From: Thecamonas trahens ATCC 50062
Taxonomy: Eukaryota > Protista > Apusomonadida
Length of the DNA stretch: 64,000 nt
Direction of reading: 5' to 3'
NCBI RefSeq assembly: GCF_000142905.1
Contig: NW_013657606.1
Coordinates: 14,923 to 78,922, forward strand
Shown here: positions 22,548 to 34,600 of the stretch, in pieces
Position numbering within the stretch: position 1 is the first letter of the stretch
How the letters are laid out: each line of letters begins with the position of its first letter
Position numbers and translations under genes: made by a program
Notes under the pieces: generated by a model
The model's database searches: none
Seen by the model: the letters and a program-made list of their open reading frames with translations, nothing else
What the model was told of the DNA's origin: nothing

Positions 22548-22828
22548 TCCCCCCGCCCATGCCTCTGGCTGGCCTCCACTTTGGCGGCCTGAGTGCCCAC
22601 ATCATGCCGACGAGTGCCACACCGAGTACGGGCATACCGACCACCACCACCACCGCCACCAGACCCCGCTCCTCCCCCTCCACACACACTTCCTCTGCCT
22701 CTACCCGTCCGTCACATTCCTCGCATATGTCTCCTCCCTCGTCTACCTCGCCGCCGTGGAGGGATGGCTCGCTTGCTTGGAGCAACCTTAATGAATGGTT
22801 CCCGCACTCTTGGCGCACTTTGTCCATA

Positions 22829-24637
22829 ATGGCCGAGACTCATGCCCATGCCCGGACCGATCCCAAGGACAAGACCAAGGACAAGACCAAGGACAAGACC
22901 AAGGACAAGGCCGAGGACAAGGCCGAGGACATACCGTCCACAAAGACCAATGATGATGGCCATGGTGCTGGCCATGGCCATGTCGCTGCTGGTGATGATG
23001 GCGGGCGGGAGGAGGGCGGATCGGGGCAAGAGAGCAAGGTGCTGGCGCTGCAGGGCGTGGGGATGGTGCCGGTGGACGAGATGACGGTGGCGGTGGTGGT
23101 AGAGGATGGGAGTGCAAGGGCAGGCTCGCTCTCGCTGGCCGATGCCTCCGCTGGTGCCATCGAGGTCGCTCTGGCCGACTACTCCGCCAAGCAGATCGAG
23201 GCCCGTGTCGCGCCGAGGACAGAGGCGCGTACCCTCGCTGCCTGGGCATACATCCTCCGCAAGGGCCCCAAGGCGGACATCCCGCCGCGCGTTCTCACCC
23301 GCATCGCCAACGCCTACCTCAACAACACCATCCCGAACATCGCCACGCTTGTTGAGCCTGCTCCCGAGCCCGTCGAGCCCGTCGAGCCCGTCGAGCCCGC
23401 CGAGCCCGCTTGCTCAGTCTCGACCTCGGTCTCGTCAGCCTCAGACTCGGCTTCTGAGTACATGCCCGGCTCGGGCTCCAGCAGCTACGAGTCGTCGGCA
23501 AGCTCGGGCTCGAGCTCGAGCTCGGACTCGGGCTCGGCGAGCTCGTCCGATCGAGCGTCGCCGCCGATCCTCCGCCCGCGCCGTCGCACCGCTCGCCTCC
23601 TCGATCCGTTTGCCACCCTCCATCGCTCGTCGTCTGACCCGTCGTCGCCGCCGCCGGCCACTCCGCTCCCGCCGTCGCCGTTGCCGTCGCCGTCGCCGTT
23701 GCCGTCGCCGTCGCCGTTGCCTGCGGCCAACAAGCCGCTCCCGCCGCCGGCCGATCCGCTCCCACCCGACGCGCCGCACGCACTGCTCTTTATCGCACCA
23801 GGTGGGCCCAAGGACGTTGGCCTGGCCCTGGTCTCTGACGTCCACTTTCTCCTCCACCTCATCCCCGTCACCGTCCCGCCCACCCTTGTTGAGCCCGCCG
23901 CCGCCGTCGCTTCCACCGTCGCCGCCACCGACCCCACACCCACCTCTGGCCGCAAGCGCAAGCGCAAGCGCAAGCGCAAGTCCTCGCCCGCATCCGCGCC
24001 CGCGCCCGCCCTCCCGTTGCCACCCGCGTCCTCCTCCTCCTCCTCCTCTTCCTCCTCCTCCTCCTCCTCGGCCTCCTCATCGTCATCGTCCTCATCGTCC
24101 TCATCGTCGTCGTCGTCATCTTCCTCCTCCTCATCCCCCTTGCCGTTGCCCTCACCCGCGCCACCATCGACACCCGCCGCATCGACGTCAACGCCACCGC
24201 CAACAACAGCAATAGCTACAACAACGACGAGCCCGCCGCCACGCAAGCGCCGGCGGCGGCTTTCGCGGCGGCGGTTTGCGGATCTGGCCGCCACGCCGGC
24301 GTCTGTAGACGACTTTGCGCGGCTGTCGACCCGACCCGAGTTGAGCGCCGACCGAGTGGCCGAGCTCCTTGCCAGCGCGTGGCTCTCGCGCCGGATCGAG
24401 GGCGTTGTCGCCGGCACCACCCCGCACACACCCAATCTCACGGCCTGGGGCGACGTGACCCGCCGCGAGCAGTCGGCCATCACCGCTGCGCTCCGCGACC
24501 GCTACCCCGACGCTGATCCGGAGCTCCTTGCCACCACCGTCGCTCACTTTGTCGCCACCACCCTCGTCTCCTACCACTACATGCCGCTCCCTGCCGAGCT
24601 GCCGGAGCTCATGTCTGCCACCTGGGTCCGCACATGA
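22829..24637 (+). CDS. Hypothetical Ser/Pro-rich, probably nuclear protein
   Basis: Long ORF (open from 22559) with KDKT repeats, poly-Ser, KRKRKRKRK and RKRRRR, plus short globular-looking segments. The start is uncertain because of the adjacent gap. Confidence 0.6.
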   Translation: MAETHAHARTDPKDKTKDKTKDKTKDKAEDKAEDIPSTKTNDDGHGAGHGHVAAGDDGGREEGGSGQESKVLALQGVGMVPVDEMTVAVVVEDGSARAGSLSLADASAGAIEVALADYSAKQIEARVAPRTEARTLAAWAYILRKGPKADIPPRVLTRIANAYLNNTIPNIATLVEPAPEPVEPVEPVEPAEPACSVSTSVSSASDSASEYMPGSGSSSYESSASSGSSSSSDSGSASSSDRASPPILRPRRRTARLLDPFATLHRSSSDPSSPPPATPLPPSPLPSPSPLPSPSPLPAANKPLPPPADPLPPDAPHALLFIAPGGPKDVGLALVSDVHFLLHLIPVTVPPTLVEPAAAVASTVAATDPTPTSGRKRKRKRKRKSSPASAPAPALPLPPASSSSSSSSSSSSSSASSSSSSSSSSSSSSSSSSSSSPLPLPSPAPPSTPAASTSTPPPTTAIATTTTSPPPRKRRRRLSRRRFADLAATPASVDDFARLSTRPELSADRVAELLASAWLSRRIEGVVAGTTPHTPNLTAWGDVTRREQSAITAALRDRYPDADPELLATTVAHFVATTLVSYHYMPLPAELPELMSATWVRT

Positions 24638-24739
24638 TCCGCCCAACCGGTACCCGTTGTGTGCCCTCCGCCGTAAATGCTCCCCCCCCCCACTCCCACC
24701 TACCAACAATTTTGTTACCCCGCACCCCCCACCCCCCTT

Positions 24740-25156
24740 NNNNNNNNNNNNNNNNNNNNNNNNNNNNNNNNNNNNNNNNNNNNNNNNNNNNNNNNNNNNN
24801 NNNNNNNNNNNNNNNNNNNNNNNNNNNNNNNNNNNNNNNNNNNNNNNNNNNNNNNNNNNNNNNNNNNNNNNNNNNNNNNNNNNNNNNNNNNNNNNNNNNN
24901 NNNNNNNNNNNNNNNNNNNNNNNNNNNNNNNNNNNNNNNNNNNNNNNNNNNNNNNNNNNNNNNNNNNNNNNNNNNNNNNNNNNNNNNNNNNNNNNNNNNN
25001 NNNNNNNNNNNNNNNNNNNNNNNNNNNNNNNNNNNNNNNNNNNNNNNNNNNNNNNNNNNNNNNNNNNNNNNNNNNNNNNNNNNNNNNNNNNNNNNNNNNN
25101 NNNNNNNNNNNNNNNNNNNNNNNNNNNNNNNNNNNNNNNNNNNNNNNNNNNNNNNN
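24740..25156. other. Assembly gap
   Basis: Run of N. Confidence 1.
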
Positions 25157-25269
25157 CCCCGCCCCCACCCCTTCCCCCCCCCCCCCTTCCCTCCCCCCCT
25201 CCCACCCCACTCCCACTCCCCTCCTCCTCCCTCGACATGGCCATCCCCCTCCCCTCATGTACCACCACC

Positions 25270-28200
25270 ATGCTGGCGGTCTATGTGGTGGCACTCGTCT
25301 GGACGACGACGTCGCTCTCGGCGATGGCACTGACCATTCGCGACGCAGCGAGCCAAAACGATGTGACGGGCTCGTTGACTTCGAGTGACCCGGCGATGAG
25401 TCCGGCAGAGATGCTTATGGGTGGTTACACACAGTTCTCGGCCATGCCCGCGCAGGGCTTTGAAGCGCTGCCTGTCGTCGTCTTTACCACCAATCCTTGC
25501 GCTCCATCGCCGCCGGGGGTTTTTTGGGCAAAGCCGTGGTTTTTGACGAAGCGCACGTTGATCGCCGTCATCCGCGGACGGGCCTCGATTTGGTCTCGCT
25601 GCCATGCGCGGTGGATGAGATGGTGGCCAAGGCGCAAGCAGCTGGTGCTCGTGCAGTGCTGCTGGACAAGTTTTTCGTCGAACAGCCGTTTGGCGCAGAG
25701 GCCGACGACAAGACGGATGTCGGCCACGGGAGCTGGTACAACGAGTTTGCAGACGCCGGCGCTCCCATGGCAGGCAACCATCATTCTGTCTTTACCGCCA
25801 TCTCGTTCATCCTCGACACTGCGGGTCCGCTCGCTAACAGAGCCCTCGGTCCACCCATCGAGCTCGTCTTTGAACAGATGCCGCTTGTCGAGCCCGAGAC
25901 CGACGCCCTTCGTGACCTGTACATCTCGCTCAACGGGCCGTCGTGGAACTGGGCCTCGACCAATGTCAATGGCAAGCCGTGGCTGTTTGTAGAGGGGGCC
26001 GACCCGTGCTACGACAACTGGGCCGGCATTGTCTGCAACGAGGGCGGAAGCATCGACCAGCTCCTCCTCCCGCAGCTTGGCCTTGTTGGCTCGCTCCCCG
26101 AGTCCATCGGCAACCTCCTCGATCTCACCGTCCTCGACCTCTCTAACAACCGCATCTCGGGCTCGCTCCCCGTCCGTATCGGCGAGTGGGTCTCCATCAG
26201 GACCATCAACCTCGCCTCAAACTCCATCTCCGGCGACGCCATCCCGCTCTCCTGGGCCAGCCTCGACGTCGAGACGCTCAACCTCGAGGGCAACCTGTTT
26301 GGCGGCCTTCTCATCGCCTACAACTTCCCCCAGGCCGTCCGATCTATTCTCATCTCCAACAACAACATCACCGGCCCGCTGCCGACTGACCTCTCGGCCT
26401 ACGCCTCGCTCAACGAGTTCCGCGTCGCCAACAACCGCCTCACGGGGCCCATCCCGCCGAGCCTCTTCAGCGCCAGCCTCACGCTCGACGTCATCGACCT
26501 CTCGGGCAACAGCCTCGAGGGCGTCGTGCCGCAGGGCATTTTCCTCGTCACCGAGCTCGAGCGCCTCGATCTCTCGCAAAACAGTTTTACCGACGTCGCC
26601 ACTCCTCCGCCCGGTGCCATTGTCTCCATCGAGGTCCTCGACCTCTCGCACAACCTCCTCACCGCCGTCCCGAACTTGCTGGCCTTTACCAGCCTTTCCT
26701 CGCTCTCGCTCGCCAACAACAACATTGGCGGCCTCCTCCCGGCCATCCACATCGCGAGCCTCCGCGAGCTCTCGGTCGCCAACAACGAGCTCACCGGCTT
26801 TGATCCGGGCTTCTCCGAGTACTATGAGGACTTTGCCAACACCACTTCGCTCGCCGCCCTCGACGCGTCGGGCAACAGGCTCAGCTCGCTCGTCGACGTC
26901 CTCCGCGCCCTGCCGAGCATCCTCACCTCGATCGACCTCTCCAACAACGAGCTCACCTTCCCCTACCCGTTCTTCGACTTTGGCTACCTCTCTCGCTTTG
27001 AGTTGCTCTCGGAGATCTCTCTCGCCGACAACCTGCTCTCCTCGCTGGTTGTGGTCTCCACCGACGCCGCCGAGGGCTTCCCCTTCCTCTACGAGATCGA
27101 CCTCTCCAACAACGAGTTCTACGGGCCCATCTCGGACTCGTTTGGTGCCTTCCCACCCTCCGCTCGCTCGACCTCTCGGGCAACAACTTTACTCGCCTCG
27201 ACGGCCCGGGCTCGCTCGTCCCCTCGTTCATCACGCTCGACTACGTCTCGGCCGTCGACACCGGCTCGTTGGACAACGCCGCCTGCCCACCTTTACCGCT
27301 AACGCAGGCACGCTCAGCATCAGCATCGACCACTCGTACCACTCGTACCTCCTCTGCAACTGCCTCGACGGCTTCTACAACAACTCGCTCGGCGCCTGCC
27401 TCCCCTGCCTGCCGCACGCAAAGTGCGAGGGCTACCCCACCCGCCGCACCACCTCGCGCATCTCCCCCATCACCGGCTACTTTCCGCTCCGCCGCATCAT
27501 CACCATCGACCTCCCCTTTGGCATCCCCAGCGCCCGCTCTATCAACTACTCGCTCCCGGACGCCGCCAACTTTACCGACGGCGAGCCCATCGACGACGAT
27601 CTCATCTTCCTCCCGCCCGACGAGGACTCGTTTCCCGAGGCCCTCGTCCATCTCGACGACGTCGACCTGTATGACTCGGACGCCCCGCCATCGGCCTCGC
27701 GCGCCGCTGCCATTGCTGCTGCCTCCTCGTTTGAGGCCCGTCGTCGTGCCGCTGCTGCCGCGCCCTTTCGCGCCGCCGTCCGCGCTGCCGTCCGCGCCAC
27801 CACCACCTCGTCGTCCACAGACGAGGCGTCAACGGCGACCAAGGCACTTGTGGCCGTCACCGAGGTGATGAAGGCGTGCTCGTTTGGCGCCATGAAGGAG
27901 ACCGACTCGAACAACCCATGCGTGGTCAACACCCAGGGCACCTTCTCGTGCAAGGAGGGCCACACCGGCCGGCTCTGCGCCGAGTGCAAGGACGAGTACT
28001 TTAGCCGTGACGGCGAGTGCATCAGGTGCAACCCGGACGACGTCGTCTGGCCCATCATCTTCATCGTCTTCACCCTCCTCGTCCTCGGCGCCGCCTTTGC
28101 CATCGCCGGTATCCGCGACGTCATTCCGCGCATCGAGCGCGTCTACACGCCTATGATCGGCGTCCGCGCCATGGCCGCCACCGTCCACCACAAGGCCTCG

Positions 28201-29961
28201 TCCGTCATGGCCGACCACCACTTTGGCAGCGTCCACCATCACTCGGAGGCCGAGGAGGACGAGGACTACACCTTTGACACCATCGGCTCGTCCTACGACG
28301 AGGAGCAGGAGGAGGCCAAGTCCCGCTCCCGCTCGCGCTCCCACACCAAGGCGTCCAAGGCGTCCAAGGCGTCCAAGGCGTCCAGGGCGTCCAAGGCGTC
28401 CAAGGCGTCCAAGGCGTCCAAGGCGTCCAAGGCGTCCAAGGCGTCCAGGTCGGCCGAGACCGGCTCTGAATCGCTCTCCAACTCGCGCTCTACGCTGCGG
28501 TCGACACGCAACAGGGTGGCGCCGGCAGCGTACTCACGGGCGCAGAGCAGGCAAGGCCACAGCCAGCAGCTGTGGAAGCGGTCTGGTGAGCTCGACGCCG
28601 AGACAGTGGCCTCATCGTCGGTGGTGGAGGAGGTCGACTCGCTCCGCGACCGGCGGCGGTCGCTCCGGCTGTACATCCAGTCGATCATCCAGGTCTCGAT
28701 CAACTTCTTCCAGACGCTCGCCATCTGCGTCGCCGACCTCTCGGTCCCGGCCTCGGTGGTCCCCGTCCTCGCCGTCGGCGAGTTCACCAAGTCGTCGTCC
28801 GAGGGCATCGGCCTCGAGTGCTTCCCGCCATTCCGCACCTTTGCCGCCCGCTACACCGCCATGATGGCCCTCCCGGTCATCGTCGCCACCCTCATCCTCC
28901 TCATCTTCACCCTCAAGTTTGTCCTCCGCTACGGCAAGGCCCGTGCCGCCTTTGCCGCCCGCGCCGCAGGCGCCAGCAGCAGCCACTCGGACTCTCACCT
29001 CTCCTCGTCGCTGCTCTCGGACGACGAAGAGCAGGAGGCGATCCGCCGGTCGACGTCGGTCTCGGCCTCGGCTTCGGCCTCGGCCTCGGCCTACGAGCTC
29101 TCGCAGCACGACGAGGCGCCGCCGCTCGGGCTCGTCTCGGAGGACGAGGCGCTGGAGCTGGTGGCCGTCCCGGCAACGCCGGCATCCAAGTGGGCCATCT
29201 ACGGCGGACAGGTCATCTACGTCGTCTTCCTCACCCTCAACTACTTCTTCTTCCCCATCGCCTCGTTCTCGCTCAACGTCTTCCACTGCGAGGACGACCC
29301 GGTGTCGGGCGTGTCGTTCATGGTGGCCATGCCGCACCTCCCGTGCAACTATCTCTCCACGGTGGAGAAGGGCATCCCGCTGGTGGCCTACATCGTGCTC
29401 CCGGTCGTCGTCCTCCTCGCCGTCATGACCATCCTCGAGTTCTTCCCCACCACCTACCTCATCAACACCTCGTTCGGCTTCTGGTTCGACGCCTTCCGCT
29501 CAAAGTCGCGCTTCTTTGCCGCCATCTTTCTCCTCCGCCGCCTCTTTCTCGCCGTCATCGTCACCTTCCTGGGCGTCAACGCCATCCAGCGCCACATCGT
29601 CATCATCATCACCCTCCTCGCCTCGGTCGTCCTCGACTACGAGGTCATGCCCTACTACTTCCGCCGCACCAACATCGTCGACATTGCCGCACACGCCCTC
29701 CTCCTCCTCGTCTACACCACCTCGCTCCTCGCTGACATCCTCAACGTTGACGGCGACTCGGCAGAGTTTGCCGGCACCATCCTCATCGCATGCATCGCCA
29801 TCGGCCTGGCCATCCTCCTCTGGGCCATCATCCTCCCTGTCTACAACACTCTTGTCCGCGGCCGCTGGCACGACGCCGACGCCCGCGAGAAGCACCTGCA
29901 CAAGGTCCTCTCCGAGCATACTGCCCGCAACGCCGCCGCACACGCCGACGACTCGGACTAA
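25270..29961 (+). CDS. PA-domain + LRR + Cys-rich + multi-TM receptor-like protein (~1564 aa, 3 apparent frameshifts)
   Basis: Signal peptide from 25270; PA-like GKAVVF...C...[12 protein letters not shown]; LRRNT-like [12 protein letters not shown]; plant-RLK-type LxxLDLSxNxLxGxxP repeats; [13 protein letters not shown]; hydrophobic helices. Adding one base at each of ~25520, ~27153 and ~27287 gives one continuous frame. Confidence 0.85.
28348..28446 (+). repeat. 9-bp coding tandem repeat (AAGGCGTCC)x11 encoding KAS
   Basis: Visible perfect repeat with one AGG variant. Confidence 0.95.
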
Positions 29962-30025
29962 ACGCCCCCCCCCCCCCTCCTCTCACCCCCCTCACCCTTC
30001 TCTTGTGCTCAAGACATGTCTTTAG

Positions 30026-31588
30026 CTACAGCCATCGCCCGCCGCCACTGCCGGGCCCGCGCCGCAGCACCTTGCCGCTCTTGGCCCGACCCGGCGATGG
30101 CGAGAGCAGCACCGCCACGCCGCTGCTGCCGCCGCCCGTCCCGGGCAGCGAGCCTGTGCTGCTGCCCGGTGTTGAGCCGCGACCGCTAGGTGGCGTGGTG
30201 GTGCGGGCCTCGGACGTCGTGCCGCCGCTATCTGCCGGCATGCTGCTGCTGAGCCCGGCGAGCCCGGCTGCGAGCCCGGCTGCCGCCCGCACTCGCCCAG
30301 ACGGCCCCATCCGCTGCGTCCGCGGACCGCGGCGGTGGAGCAGCTCGACCGCAGCCTCGACCGCAAGCTCCTCGGCAGCCTCTCGCTGCCGCACCCGCTG
30401 CTCCTCACGGACAAGCTCGCGATCGACAACCTCGGCTGTCCGCGGCGTCGCCTGGCCCAGTCCGCGCCCGGCCCGCCCGTACACGCCGCCGGGCGTCGCC
30501 CCGGGCGTCCACCGCCCGCTGACAAGCGGGCTGAGGCCCACAGCACTGGCCAGCCCGCCGCCGCCACTGCCACCGCCGGCTGCGCTGCCACCAGCTCCGC
30601 CAGGGCTTCCGCCGGCGTGCGTCTTGGGCGGCGTGGTGCGGATCCGCCTCTCGCTGCCGCTCCCGCGCCCGCCAGACAGCGCCGCCAGCCCACGCCCGGC
30701 GCCCGGCCCGGCACCGCCTCGAGCTGTGCCGCGCCCGCGCCGGCGCCCGCGCCCGCGCTGCGCCACTCTGCGCCGCTGATCCGCCCGGCGATCACCCAGC
30801 AGCGTGCCCAAGGCCCCGCGCTCCGCGCGCTCGCGCCCGGGCATGTGCACCCGCGCCCGCGCCGCCGGCGGTACCACCGCCGGCGCAGGGACCACCGCTG
30901 CCGGCCACGCCTCTGCCTCTGCCTCGGGCACAGGCTCCGGCTCCGGCTCGGGCTCGGGCTCCGGCTTCGGCTCGGGCACAGGCTCCGGCTTCGGCTCGGG
31001 CACAGGCTCCGGCTCCGGCTCGGGATCGACAGTCACCTCGGGTATCGACTCCTCGTACGCGTAGTCAGCCGGCGGCTCGATCGTCTGCAGCCGCTGGCGG
31101 ACGGTGGCCTCGGAGGCAGCATCCATCAACAGCCTGCTCGCGGCGTCGTCATCTTTCAGTGGCAACGCGCGTGGGTCGGGCGTCGGCTCGCGCGAGCTCT
31201 GCTGGTCGGCGCTCTGTCTCGTGTCAAACGCGTCGCGCTCAATGGCCCGCACTGCTGCTGATGGCGGCTGCGCTGGCGGTGGTGATTGCACCGCCGCCGA
31301 AGACACCGCCGTATCACTCCGCCGCCGCCGCCGCTTCCGCCGCTCGCCGCTCGCCTTGCCGTGGTTCTCGTCGTTTGACAGCCGCCGCCGCGACTGCCCG
31401 GGCAGCGGCAGCTGGGCGGTCATCGGCGCCGTCGGCGGCACCAGCGGTGACCGGTTCGTCCGCCGCGGCGAGAGCAGCTCCTTCGTCTTGGGCTGGGCAC
31501 CCACACGCTCTGTGGACTCGGACCGGCTCGCCGCCCGCCGCCGTCGGCGCCTGCGCCGACTCACCTTCTCCCGGCGCCGGCGGCCTGC

Positions 31589-31622
<34 letters not shown>

Positions 31623-34600
31623 TCGGCATCCTGCTCCGCCGCCGCCGGCGATGACGGCGGATTCGGTGAGTTGCGGCCCGAGTCGAACGACTCGATGGTG
31701 TCGAGGCGCTCGAGGTGGAAGACGTCTGCGGTGACGGCTGCGGTGCGTGCGGCGGCGGCGGCTGCGGCGGTCATGTTGGCGGCCTGCGGAGTGGCCTTGC
31801 GTGCGGCGGCGGCGGCCGAGGCGGTGGCGGCGTCGTCCAGCCCGGTCGACGTCCACCGCATCAGGCCCTCCAGCTGCCGGCGGCGCGGGCGGGCCATCCC
31901 GGCCAGCAGCCGCTCGCGGTACGCGTCCGACTGCTTGGACGCCTCGTTCAGCCGCGCCAGCGACGACATCGACCGCAGCGTGCTCAGCGAGCCGCGCGAG
32001 GCCGATCGCTGGCTCCGCAGCTTGGCCTTGGACACCTCACGCCAGAGCGACGACCTGCCGCCGCCGGGCGCCGGCGGCCCATCGTACTCATACTCGTACT
32101 CGTCGTAGACGTAGTCGCCGATGAGCGCCGAGTCCTTGCGCCGGACTCGGCGGCGCTTGGAGGTGCGCTTGGCGTCGGCCGTCGACATCTGCCTGGCGAG
32201 CTTGACCGGGAGCAGCATGCCCGAGACCTCGCCGAGGCGGACCTCGGTCTCCTCGGCGGCAAAGGCGTCGTACGACGAGCTATCGCTGCCGTCGTCGTCG
32301 TTATCGGAAAAGTGCGGGCCAAAGCCGACGACCGAGGCCGAGAGCCCGGCCGAGAGGACCGAGAGCAGGCCGGCCGAGATGCCGGACGACATGCGGACTG
32401 AGGACCGGCCGCCGGCGAGCAAGCCCGAGCCGTCCGGGGCGACGGCGGCGGTGCTCTCCCAGCGCGAGAGGCCGTCACCGCCACCGGCCATGCTGCCGCC
32501 GCCGATGCCGCCGCCGGCGCCGCCCTTGCCCTCCTTGCCGGTCATGACCGGCGCCGCCCTGCTCAGCTCCTGCTCGAGCTTGGAGATGCGCTCAAGAAGC
32601 GCCATCTGCTGGCCGGCAGCCTGCGAGAGGAGCTCGGCGTGCTTGGCGGCAGTGGCGGTGGGCAGGGCGTCGTAGAGCTCCTCCAGCAGGGCGCCGCCGC
32701 CGGCGCCATCGGCGGCCAGCGACGGCTTCATGTGCCGCGAGATGTCCACCTCGGCGCCCTGCTCCACCAGGCCGGCTAGGACCAGCCGCGCCTTGGTCCG
32801 CCGCTCGGCCGTGCGGTACGAGGCGAGGTACAGGCTCTGTGCGTGCTCGCGGACGTAGCGGACGATGCCAAAGTTGGCCAGCACAAAGGCGCGGTAGAGC
32901 ATGCCCAGCCGCCGCCGCTTCACCCGCATCTCCATCATCCGTTCCAGCAGGTCCTTCCCGTTTGGCTTGAGCGGCTTAAAGTCCTCCAGCTCGAGCTCGC
33001 GCTCGGGCAGCGGGCCGTCCTCGTCCACCGTCACAATGGCCTCGAGCTCGTTGAGCATGGCCATGACTTCGATCATGGCCCGCCCCAGAGCCCGCGAGTT
33101 GCGCGGCGGGACAATCCGCCCGTACACGTGCTTGTCGTCCGAGACCACCTCGCGCGAGCCGCCCACGTCGGTGCAGACCACAGGCAGGCCCGCCAGCCCG
33201 GCCTCGCCGAGCGCCAGCGGTAGGCCCTCACTCTGCGACGAGTTGAGGAAGAGCCAGCCGCGCGGGAGGACCTGAGTGGCGTTGCCAAAGCCGGCCAGGT
33301 TGACGTTGTTGGCCAGCGCGCCGGCGGCAATCATGTCGCGGCACTCGGCCACGTAGCCCGGCGCCTTGGTCAGCGAGCCGTAGATGATGAGCTTGAAGCA
33401 CGAGAGGCCAAACTCGTTGACGATGACGTCGGCCGCGCCGATGGCGTTCTTCACGTCCTTGAGATCGTAGACGTGCGAGAGCATGACGGCCGCGGGGAAC
33501 TCCTCCTCGTTGGCCCGGATGGGCTTGAACCGGTCCGTCTCCATGCCGTTGACCACCGGTGACATCCGCGCCAGCATGTCGATCCGCCGCGAGTCGGAGC
33601 CGCCGCCCGAGCCGAGCACCTCCTGCCACGCCGGGTTGCCGAACGAGGCACAGCTGATGACCGCGTCCGAGTAGTGGTAGTTGACGTAGCACGCGAGGAC
33701 CGTCAGCCGCGAGAGCGCGTTGCGCACAAAGACCGAGAAGCCCGTCGCTTCGGAGAGGGCACGCACCCGCTCGCGGTACAGCATGCCGTGGTCCCAGATG
33801 ACAAACGAGGTGCCCAGCAGGAGCTTGGCCACCACGCCCACCATGGCTTGCACCCCGTGGTGCGTGGCATGCGTCACGCCCAGCCGCTGCGGGAGCGGCA
33901 CCGCCAGCGGCATCAGAAAGTGCATAAACAGGCCGAGGCTGGCGTCAATCTCGTCGAGCGTCACCCGCTCCGCCAGCACGAGCTCGTCCTCGTTGGCGTT
34001 CTCCGCGTTGAGCCACGCCGTCCGCCACGCCCCGCGCACCGCCCCCGAGCTCCACGTCGTCGTCCAGTCAAAGGTCTGGAAGTAGTGGTAGATGTTGACC
34101 AGCATCGAGCCGCAGCCCTCAAGGTCCGCCGCCGACGGCATCGGAATGAGCAGCGCGTCGACCATGTCGTGCAGGAGCGGGCAGAACCGCTCCTGGATGA
34201 CCTCGGTCGTCGTCGCCCACACCATCCGCGCCAGCGTCGTAAACGGCACGTCGGTCAGAATGTGCTCCGCAGGGCCCGCAGAGTCGGCGCCCACAGCGGA
34301 ATGAGCACAAGCCGCTCCACGTTCTCCTCCACCTGGTAGTGGAGCGTCTTGGCCGGGTGGCCCACCTCGGAGAACGCCACCCACCGGATGCCCCACACCC
34401 GGTCGATCGTGTCGCGCCGGCACGACGCCACTCCGCCGCCGTCAGACGGCCATGTTCCAGAGTCGAGCGCGAGCGAGGTGAAAGCCGGCAGCTCGTTCGT
34501 TGTCCCCAGCAGCGACGCAGAGTCGCCCGCCGCCGTCGCCGAAAACTCCTTGGAGCTGCCGCCCGGGCCCATGGCAAACAGGTCGGCGACCTTGATGGCG

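Noticed and set aside
25517-25525. G GGT TTT slippery heptamer as a programmed -1 frameshift
   Set aside because: The other eight frameshifts lack slippery sites and share a homopolymer-undercall signature.
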